Assembly: GCA_973895155.1 (NCBI GenBank)
Contig: OZ316899.1
Location: 11,407,675-11,471,674 of the forward strand
Reading direction: 5' to 3'
Length of the DNA: 64,000 bases
Source of the DNA: Marsupella aquatica
Taxonomy: Eukaryota; Plantae; Marchantiophyta
The position numbers were made by a program, and so were the translations under genes. Under the pieces are notes generated by a model, which was given only the letters and a program-made list of their open reading frames with translations, ran no database searches and was not told the DNA's origin. Positions 1-12,824 of this stretch are shown here, piece by piece (positions within the stretch are counted from its first letter, which is position 1; every line of letters starts with the position of its first letter).

Positions 1-225
1 TAGGTTAACACGGCTGGAAGTCGGATGTTTCTGTCTGGATGTATCAGACTTCCTAAGACTAGAGAGATCGCTAGCCATAAAAAACAAACTCAAACACCAT
101 AAACGTTACCATTATGAACCTCGCTAACATTATGATTCACTCGGTGAAAACATATTGATATTTGTGAAACCACAAACTCGAGTAATCCATCCCACCACCC
201 TATAATTAGCATCACCAATAAACGA

Positions 226-3200
226 CTAGTCCCCTATCTGTAACGGAATTAAACTCCTCACTTCCCCAACAGTCAGAATTGGCTGTTTTCCAAGGTCGTC
301 CTTCTCCAGGATGAGTGAAAACTTGTTTAAATACACCCACAGAAGATGTTTACAAGACATGTATGGTTTCCCTCGTGTATGCCTCTTATGAAAGTCTTCA
401 CAAGAACACGAAGGGAAACAACAGATTTGCACCCAATATGTGTGCGGAACTTGTGAATCAGTCTCGTGAGTGGTGATCAAGTATCTCCAACCCCATCCAT
501 TTCCGGTAGTTACCTTCTCATTTCCGACAACTCTCATGTATTCTTGTGTAGCGGAAACGATGCGCTTGAGCAACTCTGGAGTATTGCTGAAACGCTGTCG
601 TGCACCCTTACCATTTCGGGTTTTCAACCGACGGTCCACATTAGTTAGATCGATTCGTTCGGGGAATGAGTTAACATCAATTTGTAGGTTGACCCGATTG
701 GGGGACGGGAACTCTCCAACTTGATTTGCATCCACATAGGAGAGTCCACTGATATGGAATCCTAATCCCAGCAGAAACTCTATCTCGGGATGGGAGAGGC
801 AAGTCCCACGCTGAACCTTGAGCGACTCGGGTGGGGGGGGGTAAGTTGAGCTAGAGTTCTGCGTCCTCGGCTCTTGTGACACTTATTGTTAGGACAGAAG
901 TACAACAACTGGCGATGTGGAGACGATAATCGCAACCCGTGAATGGCGACTCCAACAATTCCCCCTTGCGCAGACTTACATCTAGTCTCCTTGATGAGAT
1001 TTCTACATTCATCTCTTCCAAAAACGCTTCGGTCAACCGACCCGTTGCAAACAGGTCCAACACCTCTACCGCTCCGCCTGAGATGCCAGGTCCCATAAGG
1101 AACATCAACCTCTCGGATGGAAGGGATCCTTTGGGGGGCATCCCGATGGTCATCCCCGACATCACACGAAGGTTAAGTCCCCATCTTCTCGGTATCATTG
1201 ACATTACGACTTGCATCATCACCATCATCATCTGAAATATGGATAACTCCAGCAGAACAACCTCCGACAGGGGTTGCCGAAGTTGTATTATTTGCTATTT
1301 CTGGGTCCACAAAAGTCTCCAAAACATTGACGAAGCGAAATTCAGGATAGAGATTACGCCTTTTTAGTCCTGAAGGAGAAGCTATTGTGCGTGACACCTT
1401 GTCATGTCTGTGGGAGTCATTCTCGTGGATTACAGCTAAAGCTTTCCCTTTCCTCTTCGTGGATGTTGTTCGGAGATCGCCATGTAATGGAATTGTTCTA
1501 TAGAATTCATACTTAGCTGAAGACTCAAGCAAAAGATTTGCTGCCTTTTCGTAAGCATCCATGGATCCCATAGCATCGGCGTTCCTATATGCTAATTCAA
1601 AAATGGTCGGCCCCTGGCCTCTGTGAACACCTTCACTGTAGGCAGTAAAAGCAGCAATTTGCCCCGCAGCACGATTCTGGTCCACCTCACATGCTTCAAT
1701 CAATCCCACTAATTTCTTCATTTGGCAGGATCTCATGGATGCATGGACTGATTTCGCTCCAGTACAATTTGGCATCAAGGCTGACTCCATTGCGGTTTGC
1801 ATCTGCAAAAAAGTAGTCCACAGTCAGACCTCATATGCTAGCAAGGTCGCTAGCAAAAACAATGACGTCAAATAGAAATGAAATTGGACACTTACAACGC
1901 GGATGAAGTTCCCCCACTGCCTCCACCTCATGACCCACCAAGATAACCATCCTTGGAGAGATTTCAATTTCCTAGCATAGCAGTTTCCTTCCTTCCACCA
2001 ACGATGGATTTCGCCAGCAACACGGTAGGCCTGAACATATGTTGGTGCTGTTCTCAGCCTTTCCCACAGTTTATAGTGCTCTCGATGGCGATCTTCCCGA
2101 ATACCCTCCAATGTGTGACGACAAAGAGATTGAGCAAAGTGAAAGGCGTCACTGTGCTCCTTCTGTGGGTGACGGACACCTCCAAAAAAAACATTCCGAA
2201 TGGCGATCCATCCAGCCTCGGCATTATCGGCAATAAATCCTCCAATGAGTGGGTCATGCACGTCATGATCAGAGGCAACTTCAATCATATATCTCCATGC
2301 GGTTTCAAGAGATAAGGAGTCCTCCGCACGGAGCTCACAAGTGAAGATGGTACAAAGGGACCTGTAATTATGGTCGTACACATGGGCGTTGAAAGTCAGC
2401 CACCCAGTGCTTATTCTCCGCATTACATCAGAACTGACCCATGCTCCTTCCAGCTCACCTCCACTCTTCATCTGCTTGAGAATATCGACACCAGAACCTG
2501 GGCCATTTGTACTCATTTTGAAGACATGAGCCCTATCGGTCTTGCTCCCCTGGCCAGGGAAAAGGTACCTCTGAACGTAAGGAAAATTATTCCGTGCTTG
2601 CATCTCACAAAGAGAATCCAACTCACCTTTTTTTGGGTTATCCATTTTCATGCTCCGGAATATGGCCTGGAATTTCTCAACAGTGGACACAACCTTCATC
2701 GATTCCCATATCTCTCTCTCTTCTTCTTTTGATAGTTCTGAAGAAGACTCTGGATGCAAAAGAGAAACCAGGTTTCCTATAGACTTGTTAAGAACACGCC
2801 CTGGCGTACACATGGGATTCGCTTTATGAACACCAGAAACTATCACCTCCTCCTGCTTTTTTGCCAATCGAGATTTCCCTTTCCAAACAACGTGGTCATG
2901 GAAACCCATGTGAATAGCCAATCGAGACAAATGTTTCGCAACATTTGACTCAAGAGACGGCTTAGGATAGACGTACAAAAGTTTAGCCGGACATTCACGG
3001 ATGCAGAGAGGCCTCTCCTCATAGAATCCGCACACCAACCCTCCTTCCTCCACAAGCTCACCAAGATGAAACGGCTCAGTAAATTGTCCCTTTCCTCGGA
3101 AGGAAGAGTCATTTTTTGAACCGGTGTGCTTCAACTTTCTACAGACCAGATTTTGACATTCAAGTACACCAGCACATCTGACTTTTGACACAGACCAGTG

Positions 3201-3941
3201 ATTGTGAGGTTTGAGATTAGCTGAAGTTGTGAGAAGTCTTGTCCATGGGTAGCTGTCATTATCCCTATCCATGTCTTGAAGACCATATCCTCGACGAAAT
3301 TGACCTTCGACCGGAGGAAGCTCAAAAACGCAGTTTCCATTGTATGAAGTGGGCAAAGTCTGCACTTGAATCTCCTTCCAATCGTTTCCCCTGCGAAAAT
3401 TTGCCAACTCGCTTGACCCAGTAATATTGAGGAAGGCATCATATGCACTAACTCAATAAAGAACTGGTTGAGATTGAAACTTGTATTGACTCACTGCTTC
3501 AAAAACGGCTTTCTCAGAAGACTTTGTCGACATAGAAGAGAGATCCTGACCCACACTCTCAGGGGAGATGTCGATAATATCTGGTACTGTCGGTGACGGG
3601 CGAGTCGGGGATTCTGGATCGGAAACATTGATATGTGCAATGTCATCCTTACATGAGACTAGCTCCACAGCTGAACCACACTTCAGGTCCCAAGCTCTCT
3701 CTGGCAATATTTCTGAACCATTATCCGACACCTCGTGACTTTTGGATCCATTCCGAGAGTAAAGGACGAACAACTTCCAGATGAAATCATCTTTCAAAAG
3801 CCCAAACCTTGACGAGAGAAAAGACTCCTTGACAGAGATAATAGTATTCTCCGGAACATCCAGAACAACAACATCACCCGTAGTCTTTCTCTCGATCACA
3901 ACCTTCGATCCCAATGAAGACATGCTGACAGTTTTGGACAT
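226..3941 (-). pseudogene. MULE-type DDE transposase with N-terminal GCM/WRKY-like Zn finger and C-terminal SWIM finger; multi-exon, disrupted
   Basis: Zn finger: LECQNLVC...CPAK...HMGFHDH. DDE core: SSDVMRR, GFIADNAEAGW, DAFHF. SWIM: CSCEDF-x10-SCKH. Intron 1895-1803 (GTAAGT..GCAG) is in frame. There is an in-frame TAA at 1173-1175 and a frameshift in the poly-G near 835. The expected third acidic residue reads K (NCTGAKSVH). Confidence 0.8.
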
Positions 3942-4118
3942 TACAGTCTACAACAATCCTCAAATGTGAGATACTTCGCTCTCTTCTTTCTCCAAATACA
4001 TATGAGGAAACGTGCTTGTGTAGGTGTTGGACTCAACATATTTATTTAATAAATGCCTCTTATTCCCGTTATCTGACCGTTATTTTGTCTTATATGACAC
4101 TATTTACGGAATGATAAA

Positions 4119-4231
4119 GCTAGCGAGATCGCTAGCTCAATGATCTAAGTAAAATGGTTCAAAACCTTACAAAACACCCTTCACTAGTTCATAGATTTAG
4201 TGATCAATTTTTGGCTAGCGATGTCGCTAGC
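4119..4231. promoter_or_regulatory. Two 18-bp palindromes in the divergent intergenic region; putative protein-binding sites
   Basis: GCTAGCGAGATCGCTAGC at 4119-4136 and GCTAGCGATGTCGCTAGC at 4214-4231. Further copies at 58, 1837, 5379 and 7576. Confidence 0.6.
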
Positions 4232-4617
4232 AAAAGTAGTTTCTCATAAGAGACCATTATGACCGTTTATATTCGTTGGAATTTGTCAACGGGTACCTAT
4301 ATGTCAACGGTACGGTACATTACCGGACACCTGTCTCTTTGTCATTAGATACTTTTCTTTCAGTCGTGAGTTTGGTGGTTCGTATTTCCGGAAGTACATG
4401 TATACCTGACGGTGTCTGAAAAATGATTGCGAGGAGAGTCGTACAGAATATCTGTATCTCTTTTCACGACCGGGCGCTGCATTCAGGTGAAAGCAACAGA
4501 CGAGGGTACGATTATGTCTTTGACTGGAAGATCGATTCTCGGGTTTCTTTATGTTCGCAAAGCGTGTCGCCCTCCACCTTGACCTGTTCATACCCTTATC
4601 ACTTCACGGACCCGTTG

Positions 4618-7600
4618 ATGGAGCCATTGTCTTCACCCGAGAGCTTGTCATCAATAGGATCGTTCAAGTCAGTCGAGTCAAGCCGAAGGGAGACAAGGTC
4701 TACAGTGAACAAGAAGGCGCTCCAGGCGGGATTGAAAACACCGAGGAGGCCCAAGATGGTGAACCAAGTAGATGTTGTGAATCCTACATTTCAACCTGGA
4801 GCTTCAGAACCCTATTTTGTTGTCATCAATCGCCATCTTTTCCCTTTTGGAAATGACGAATTTGGATCCCCCCTCGCTCCTCCGAGGATTCCCCTTTGCA
4901 GAATGCAAAACATGCAAATCGTTCGGTCCTTGCAAACAAACTTGACTGCGATCGAGACACTCAAGAATGAATTCTGGACGCAGGGATACATCGAAGATGC
5001 GCCTCAATTTTACGTCCAAATGACCGGCAAAGATGGCCTTGTCCAGATGTGCGAGGATGTGATTCGGGAGTCGTGGGATGACATGTGGATTCTTCAGAAT
5101 GAAGAATTCGAGAGGGAATGTGATTCTCACAAAGCTTTCAAAATTTTGAAAGACAAAATGTTATGTGTTTTCGATGGAAATCATCGTCTGTACTCATGGA
5201 TGCAGCTTGCAGACGAGAATCCCCATGATGTCAAATATCATCCTCGAGTTGTTTGCCGAATTTTCAAGGGTGACAAGAACTCATTCGTTCAGATTGAGTC
5301 GGCGATGCATGCGCTGAATAGGTTTGTTTCTTTTCCTTCAAGCTCTGAATTGTATATAAAATTCTTTCAGTTCCTCTTGTTAGCGATCTCGCTGACCTGT
5401 TTCTTTTGTTCAGGTTGACTCAATGTCACGTTGAGAATTCTTGGGTCCTTGAAGCAGAGAGAGTCCAGAAGGTGCTTAGTAATGACCTTTCTGTATACAA
5501 AGATATCATCGATGCAGACAACTACAAACTTTTTCAACAGAAGATGGCAAATATCAGGAAACCGGCTTGGTATTTGAAGAACATGACACTCGATGCCTGC
5601 ACGTACATTCTGTCTGCTGCTAATATTGCAGCGCAGACGGAAGATTTGAAGAAGAAGTTCCAGTTGAAAGAAGTGCAAGGAGAACCTCTTTCAAAAGTTG
5701 CGCAAGACATGGCAGTGAAAGACATGATGAAGGAGCAACTAGCAGATTGGAATGTGAAGGTGCCAAAGATTGGACCTCTCCTGAATCCTGAGTTTGGTGA
5801 CTTTTTCCAGAAGTGTGTTGAGATGCACAACTACTGCGAACATGAGAGGAAGGAAGCCCAACGAACAGACGATAAAGGAAGGGGTAATGTGTCATGTGGT
5901 CTCGATCGTGCGAGGCTATTTACGGGTGTCTCGTCGTTGATTCTGCAGCTCAGATGTGTACTCCTCGAGGCATAATGCAGACCTGAGCTTCGCAAGAAGT
6001 ACTTCCACCCTGGTCAATTCTCGGACAGCGAAACAAAACTTTGGCTTCACCGATGGGCTGTCTGGGAGCAGGTTGAGTCAATTTGTTCTTCGCTCATTTC
6101 TGAGATTATTTCAGAGATGATCCCAACTGTCCCAGATGCAAGGATCCTTACTTCCTCTGAGAAGACAAAGCCATCGCTGATCCTTGACATAGAGGAGGAC
6201 TTTGAAGATTTCCAAACTAGAGTGAAATCTCGTTTTTTCAGACAGATTTGGCCACCAAAGTCGGGTGAGAAGATTGACATCTCACTTTTTTGGAGGAGGG
6301 CGAAGAGATATACGTATCGTTTTTTTGTGGATAGAGAAGTTGCTGACAAAACATATTGGTGGTCCTATCCTGCTTGCTTCTCGCCTTGGATAGCAGGAGT
6401 GAAAGAGGATCCAACCTCCATTAAATATGGAGAGTACTCGATGTACCCATGTGAGGGAGTGGAGGCTCCAAGGAAGATGAGTGAGTGGGAAGTCCTTCAC
6501 TGTCCATGGTATTTAGAATCAGACAAATGGGCAGTGACATTTGACACAGCAGAGAAGGCAGCATTTCATATGATAAATCGAGGCTTGATATCAGAGTCGT
6601 ACATTACAGAGTCCAAATTAGCTCCTGCAAAAGCCGAGGCTGGCGGATGTGAGGCAATGGAGAAAGCTGTTCTTGGTGTAGCTGCCATTGTCGACCGGAG
6701 TAGATCGAGGAGACCTCGCAAGGTGCCGGTGAAGGACACGTCCAAAGATGGATCAATCTTGTCTGGGAAGCAAAGTAAATATTTTTCTCCTCTTTTTTTC
6801 ATACCTCATTCGGAGTAATTTTGTCTCAGTCACCTGTCTGACATTAACATGTTTTTCAGAGAAGAGAAAGGCTGCAGCCTCTGGGAGTTTGAAGAGTGGG
6901 GCGGATGATGGAGAAGAACCCAAGTCTCTTGATGTTGAGGTCACAACAAAATCTGTTGTGGACCTGGGTTCAATCAAGCGTTTAAAGAGGAAGCGCAATG
7001 TCCAAATTCTCTCCGACTCGGATGAGGAGGAAGCATGCGTCGCGCAAGGAGTAGCACGAATGTGTGGTCTTAAGAAGGACGGTGAGAGGCATTTCTTGGC
7101 AAAGAGCAATCTCACGGAAACTGCAAACTCAATTAGCCAGAGGAAAGTAAGACCTCCCTGGATGGGCGATGCGGATCAGTGGTTGTCTGGAGTGAGAAAA
7201 TCGAGCGAACACCCAAACACCGTGATGATCAACGGAAAACATTACGCTGGAATTGGTGCTCACTTGGGTTTCATATTCCTTCCCACGGGCCATCGAACAA
7301 GCGTCACAGATTGGGAGGTCCCGAAGTGGAATGTTTGGAGTGAGAAATTACCATATTATTTCTTTGGAGTCATGCGTCCGATGCTTGCCGACGATGGTTA
7401 TGTCGCAGTTCTTCACAGCTCTAACTATAACCATATGAGACAAATGTTTTCTGCCGTTGAGCAAAAGAACAAATTTAAACATGTCCGACAGTATTTGGTT
7501 TTGCTTTCATCTCCTTTGTATCAGGCAGATATGGACATCGAGGTAAGATATACTCAATATTTTTGTGCAATTTTTGCTAGCGAGCTCGCTAACCAAAAGT

Positions 7601-8141
7601 GCCCATTTCTGACATATTCTTGTTTTCAATTCAGGTGGTTACTCTCATTATGGATATCTTTTGCAAGGTGGAATTCTTGGCAAAAGTCCCGAAACATACA
7701 GGATATGTTCCAATGACTTCCTCTGAGGATGCCCGCCATAAATCGATGTTGAGTGTTTGCTACCTAAAAACTGATCCCAGTCCCAAGGCGGCTTTTGCAG
7801 GTTCCAATAGATTGTCAGTTGGGTTCATGCAAGCCGTAATGGAGATCCTTACTTTGCCAAAGGACATTGTCATTGACTGGATTGTTGGAGATGGAAGTGC
7901 TTTTTCCGCTGGGGAATATGCTGGGAGATTTGTTGTGGGTGTTGAAGATCGAGACATTCTTCATCTGTGTGCGCAAAAAACTTTGGCAAATGTGGTGCAT
8001 AGACATGCCCAGAAGTTGAAAGGGGCCGCAGACCCGAAAGATGATGATCCCAATGATGAAGGGTCGGATGATGAGTTCACCATCCCAGGAGATGATCAGG
8101 GAGGACCTTCAGACAAGAAGGATGAATTTGACTTGGAGTAA
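4618..8141 (+). CDS. Multi-exon protein: ParB/Srx-like (DGNHR) domain plus degenerate beta-class N4C/N6A DNA methyltransferase fold
   Basis: VFDGNHRLYSW at 5167-5199. HLGFIFLPTG sits at the DPPY position (~7261-7290), followed by RPMLADDGYVAVLHS and TLPKDIVIDWIVGDGSAFSAGEYAGRFVVGVED (~7851-7950). Predicted GT-AG introns are 5322-5413 (frame checked), ~6774-6859 and 7543-7634. The TAA at 5973 is either intronic or a lesion. A further exon may run to 8618. Confidence 0.7.
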
Positions 8142-9341
8142 AGCACTTGGCCTTTGATGTAGAACTCCCTATTTGGTGTTTTTCTTTTGTTTGTAGAATT
8201 TTTGGATGTGTAGTATTGATCCGATTCTGGTGATTTCTTCAGTGATAGGCGTTCGGATTGGTTTTCGGAGGAGAGATTCCGCCTTTGGAAAGAAATCAAG
8301 GATCATTTTCTTGTGACCCCTGAGAAGGGATTTGCGCTTCCATGCTATGCTGAAAAGACTGCAAAGGAGGTTGATGAAGCGCCCATCGTTTTGACTTGGG
8401 AGGGGAAAGGTCTGCGGTCAGTGAGGGGTGTTCGGAAAGCCCTTTACTGCCCTCAGTTCATAGATGATGAGGCTGGGACTGTAGCACAGTATGTTGACGA
8501 TTCGGCTGAGGAGATTGATAGGGAGCCGAGTAGCGATCCTAGTAATTCCTCACATGATTTGGAATCAGAGGATTCTCAAGGACTCATGGTCAATTTCAGA
8601 TGCAATCTCATTCCATAAGATATTTGTCATACCAAAGTTTTATTAAAGATTTATTGTGAAAGGTTTTTTGACCTGGTTTTGTTCATTGTGATGATGCCTT
8701 TTCATTCAGTTCAGTGTAGTGAAGATCTCAATTTTTGCACTTGTGAATATTTAAGTTTTTGCATTTTCGTTTTCCGTAACTGTTTCACAATATATATCGA
8801 CAATCTTACTTGGGAATCCGCCTGAACTACCTTGAAGTTACGCACAAACTTGCCTCGCTAGCCTGCTGTCCTCGCTAGCAAAACTCCTATTTTCTCGCAC
8901 AATAGAATACTGTTCCCCTGGTCTTGCTGTGAACACGGCATCATAGCTCACGGGTCTTGGTTCCTCCTCCGGCTTCCAGGCTGTCTTCTCCCTCTGTTTA
9001 CCGCAAACAAGAGCTTTAGGCTGCTCTCCCTCGGATTTGGGGCTTGAGGCTCCCACATACATTCAAACCCCTGACTTGTGTTCCGGCCTCCTTCTCTGCT
9101 TGGCTCCGGTAAAGGGGTTTTCCCTTGTAAGTCGGCTTAGGCCGACTCCTGGAGCAATGTTCTGTACCGGTGCTGTTGCCGTTCTCTTTTCCTTCTTCAA
9201 CAATTTCAGCAGATTCTGCATGCCTAGTTGCTGCATCGGGAAGTCTTTCATCTTTGGCCTAAACACCTGCTCAATTGTAGGACGGTCGGGCTGATTGGGT
9301 TTCTCTACTTCCAGCCTCTCACTAGTATATTTTAGGGCCAT

Positions 9342-9880
9342 TATCCGATAGCTATTCCTTCGGATCCCTTCGGAAACTTTATTTTGGAAAAATCAACTAT
9401 CCGATGTAACCCGCTTTGCAATATCCCATCCAATCCTCATCGGAAATCAACCATCGGACTTACTTCGGACTTTCCGTTGATGATGCCGACGGACTTTCCG
9501 ATTCCAACCCATTCGCAAACCTGCACATCCGATCCAATACGTATCGGACACCAACAAACAGACCTTCTCTCAAAACAACCATTGTCCGATAGTAATGGTA
9601 TGGGATAGTTTCATAGTTTTTGCTACGTACATTGCGATGCGTGTAGTATCGGAGTTTACGATACGTTTAGTATCGGAGTTTGCCTTTGGAGAATTATCGG
9701 ATGTTGCGTTAGATTTGGTATCGGATAGTGCGATGTAATGAGGTTTGGAAAATACAATGACGTTGCCATCGGACACATTGTTTTGATGTTTTGGTTTTGT
9801 TGGAGGGGTCCGATGCAAAAAGGATCGGATGCTGCGAAGGGGATTGAAACGGAAGGACCGATGAAGGTGCAAACGGACAT
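9342..9880. repeat. CACTA left subterminal repeats (TCCGAT/ATCGGA, both orientations)
   Basis: Dense copies of tccgat, atcgga and tcggat. Confidence 0.8.
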
Positions 9881-10289
9881 CATAACAGATGGCTTAATTT
9901 GTTACAATAGCTAGGGTTTCATGGGTGGTTATTTTGGGTTTGAGAACATCAACCAATATATTAGGGTCCAAAGGAGGCTCAAAACATGTGGTCAAAATCT
10001 CATATTAAAAAAGGGGATGACCCCGATATGTACAAAATGGAATGGGCCTACCTAGTAGACCCATCTCGGCGACTGTTTGCTCCATGGGAACACCTAAATG
10101 GAGCACTGAGTAGAGACTACACTCCATGGCACATGCTAAGATCTAATCAAAGCTACCAAACCTACCTACATGGCACTAACCTCTAAAAAGGTGTGTTCCG
10201 TCCCTTCTTCTTCTTGTGGCGAGAGCGAAGCTGGGGAACAGGTGCGGGATCCACAACCGGTGGAGCCACCTGTTGACCAGATGGTGGGT

Positions 10290-12824
10290 CTAATCCTGTC
10301 CTACCCCCTGACCCACTAGATGCACCGCTAGGCACGGTAGAAGTCCCACCAATCCCTGACAAAGCTGAGTGAAAGGAGGCCTCGCCCCCCCGGCAGACCT
10401 ACTAGAGTGATGAGAGGCTGCGGCTGCGGATGATGCATGTGGCCCATGCCGTGCTGTACTGCCACCTGACTCACAAGATGGCGCTAGACCCCTAGAGCCA
10501 CCATCGTCCAAGTCACCACTGCCTCGACAAGGGGGGCTAGGTGCAGCAGATACTCCTCGACGAGGGGGGCTAGGTGCACCAAATACTCCTCGACGAGGGG
10601 GGTTAGGTGCAAAGCATACTCCTGAGCGATGGTGTGGGCTTGCACCACCTCTACTACCCCCTGAAGGCCCCGGTCTTGCAGCCCGCAATGCTCCCCGTGA
10701 CTGATGAGAGCTCACACCATCAACAGCATGTGACCCACCTCCCCTCCCTCCCAATGTGAGGGTAACATGAGGTATCTGGGCAGTAGGGGCAACTCTAGGA
10801 ACAGTCTGGGCAACTATAGGAACAGCCCAGGAAACTCTAGGAATAGTCGCGGTAGCTCTAGGCTCCCTCTGCAACCCTGCCTCAAATGCTGAGTCCTCAT
10901 CATCTGACTCCCCAGACCCCTCCTCCTCCTCCTGCACATTACAATTAATTCTATAAAGTAAGGAACTTGGTCAAAACTCTACAAATGTAGCAGTGCTCTA
11001 GCTAAGCAAAACATTGTCCCAACTTAGGTAGGGGGAGGGAACAATTACCTCTCCCAGCTCATCCTCAATCTGTCGCTTTAGAGCACGGGGTCCATCCCTT
11101 GCTGCTAGTTCCCTCTCTTTTGGATCAATGGGACGACCATACTCCCTCTCTTGACATTTCAAAATTAAAAGACCACTTCAGCACAATAAATTTAGTTTCA
11201 ACCATAAAATCCACTCCCTCTACCAAACTTCTCCCTCTCAAAACTCTATGCCTTCTATAACTTCTATAACTTACTTAACCCCTAGCAAATACTCTAAACC
11301 CTAAAAAAATCACCAGTGAACTCAAGAAGGGGTCCATTCCAGAATTTCATGCAAGTCAAGCATCCCTATCCTATGCAATCAAAAAAACCCTAAACCCTAC
11401 CCGTTTTAAACAAAATAAACCCAAATTCACTCGAAATATACTCGTTCCGATGCAGCATCCAATATGGATTCTATCGGACTGCTATTGGACCCCTCATCCA
11501 CTAAATTTGAATGTTACTATGTCCGATGCGGGTTCCGATGCGGGTTACAACGAACAAACATCGGACTTAACAGTCCCGAGAGCAAAACAAGGGGGATCGG
11601 AACGTGATAAAGCAAAACGGGACAACCAAAATGTTCACTCTTCGCAAGAGAAGTCAGGTGGTCAAGGAGAGGAGCAAGGGAGGAGGGAGCTAGGAGGGAG
11701 GAGCCACTTACAAACTCGGCCTTCAATTGATTGGAGCCGCCTTGCCCCATCCGGTGAGTCACAATGGGCCTCTCTTCTACTCGCTTCAATGCTGCTATGA
11801 TGTTTGCAGGAGGTTTTTGAAGTCTTGCTGCTTGAGCTGCCCACTGTCGAAGGTTCAGTTGGAGGGGGGCCATGTCAATATCCTCCCCGGCAGCTCGCTT
11901 TTCTTTTGCAATCCTGATTTTGTTGTCCCAATGTCATCTCTTTAGCCAGGCTCGAACAGAGAGCTCCTCCTCAAGCCAAGCTGTCCATGCATCCTGGGGA
12001 ATCACATTTGGACACTGGTGCTCCCTGACCACCTCTGCATCTATTGGCAAATCAGTAAGGTAATCCCTCATCTTCTCCCGCACATGATTCCTTGCATCTG
12101 AAATAGAGGCTGAAATTCAACTGTTTAGAAATCTGTCTTCAAGGTGGGCTCCGTTCTTGAATCTTTCTTTGATCTGCTCCCGAACCCTGGTCCTCTCCTC
12201 TGTTTTCTTACCCCAGTAGTCTAGTGGCCCAAAATTTGCCCTCACAACCTGCAAGAATTGGCTGCGGAACAAATTGTAGCTCCTAGGCATTGGAGCCCCA
12301 CCTGAATTGATAGCCAGCTCAGGTTGCAGAGCCCTCTCAGCCTCCCTTCGCCTTTGCTCCTCAACTCGCAGCCTCTCTGCCTCCCTAGCTTCTCTTTGAA
12401 GCTTTTTCTCCCTTTTCTGAGGAGAGAGAGCCTCCTCACCATTTGCCCTAGCCCTCTCCGCCTCCTTTCTCTTCTTCCTTGCCTCTTTCTCTGCTGCGAG
12501 GCCTGCTGCAGCAGCCTTCTCTGCCTCACCTTTTGAGGCATCAAGCAAAACCTGAAGCACCGGGACTACTCTTGCTGCATCCTCCACTGAAAGCCCTGCC
12601 TTGGCCACAAACAACTCCCTCATTATCTCCTCATATGGCCGGGATGGCCCAGCCCCGTCTCCCCCATCACCCGATCCTCCTTCCCCCACCATCTCTCCTC
12701 CTTCCCGAGCTCCTCCCCTCTCGGCCTTAGAAAATTTTCTGAAATGACTGATGTGCGAAGGAAGCCCCGTAGTGTGCGCCTTCGCAAGCGCATCGGGATT
12801 TATGGATTTCAAATTTTGAATCAA
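10290..12824 (-). pseudogene. CACTA second gene (TnpA/ORF2-like), fragmented
   Basis: ORF pieces at 12117-12824, 11517-11873 (THRMGQGG, resembling the HRxGxGG motif of CACTA ORF2 proteins) and 10290-10937. Stops and frameshifts present. Confidence 0.5.
10522..10620. repeat. 33-bp tandem repeat x3
   Basis: Unit CCTCGACGAGGGGGGCTAGGTGCACCAAATACT; encodes APSPPRRGV-type repeats on the minus strand. Confidence 0.85.

Larger units (their letters stand above)
1..8920 (-). mobile_element. Mutator-like (MULE) DNA transposon; left end outside the window, right end approximate
   Basis: MULE/SWIM transposase and a divergent cargo gene share a recurring GCTAGCGAnnTCGCTAGC motif. The sequence switches to an LTR-B fragment at about 8925. 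The TIR pair and TSD cannot be checked because one end is missing. Confidence 0.7.

Noticed and set aside
7261-7290. Calling the MULE cargo an active 4mC/6mA methyltransferase
   Set aside because: The catalytic (D/N/S)PP(Y/F) motif is replaced by FLPT and FxGxG reads WIVGDG, so activity is unsupported.
4618-8141. Bacterial or phage contamination as the source of the ParB/MTase gene
   Set aside because: The gene has GT-AG introns and lies next to a eukaryotic transposase within plant transposon DNA.
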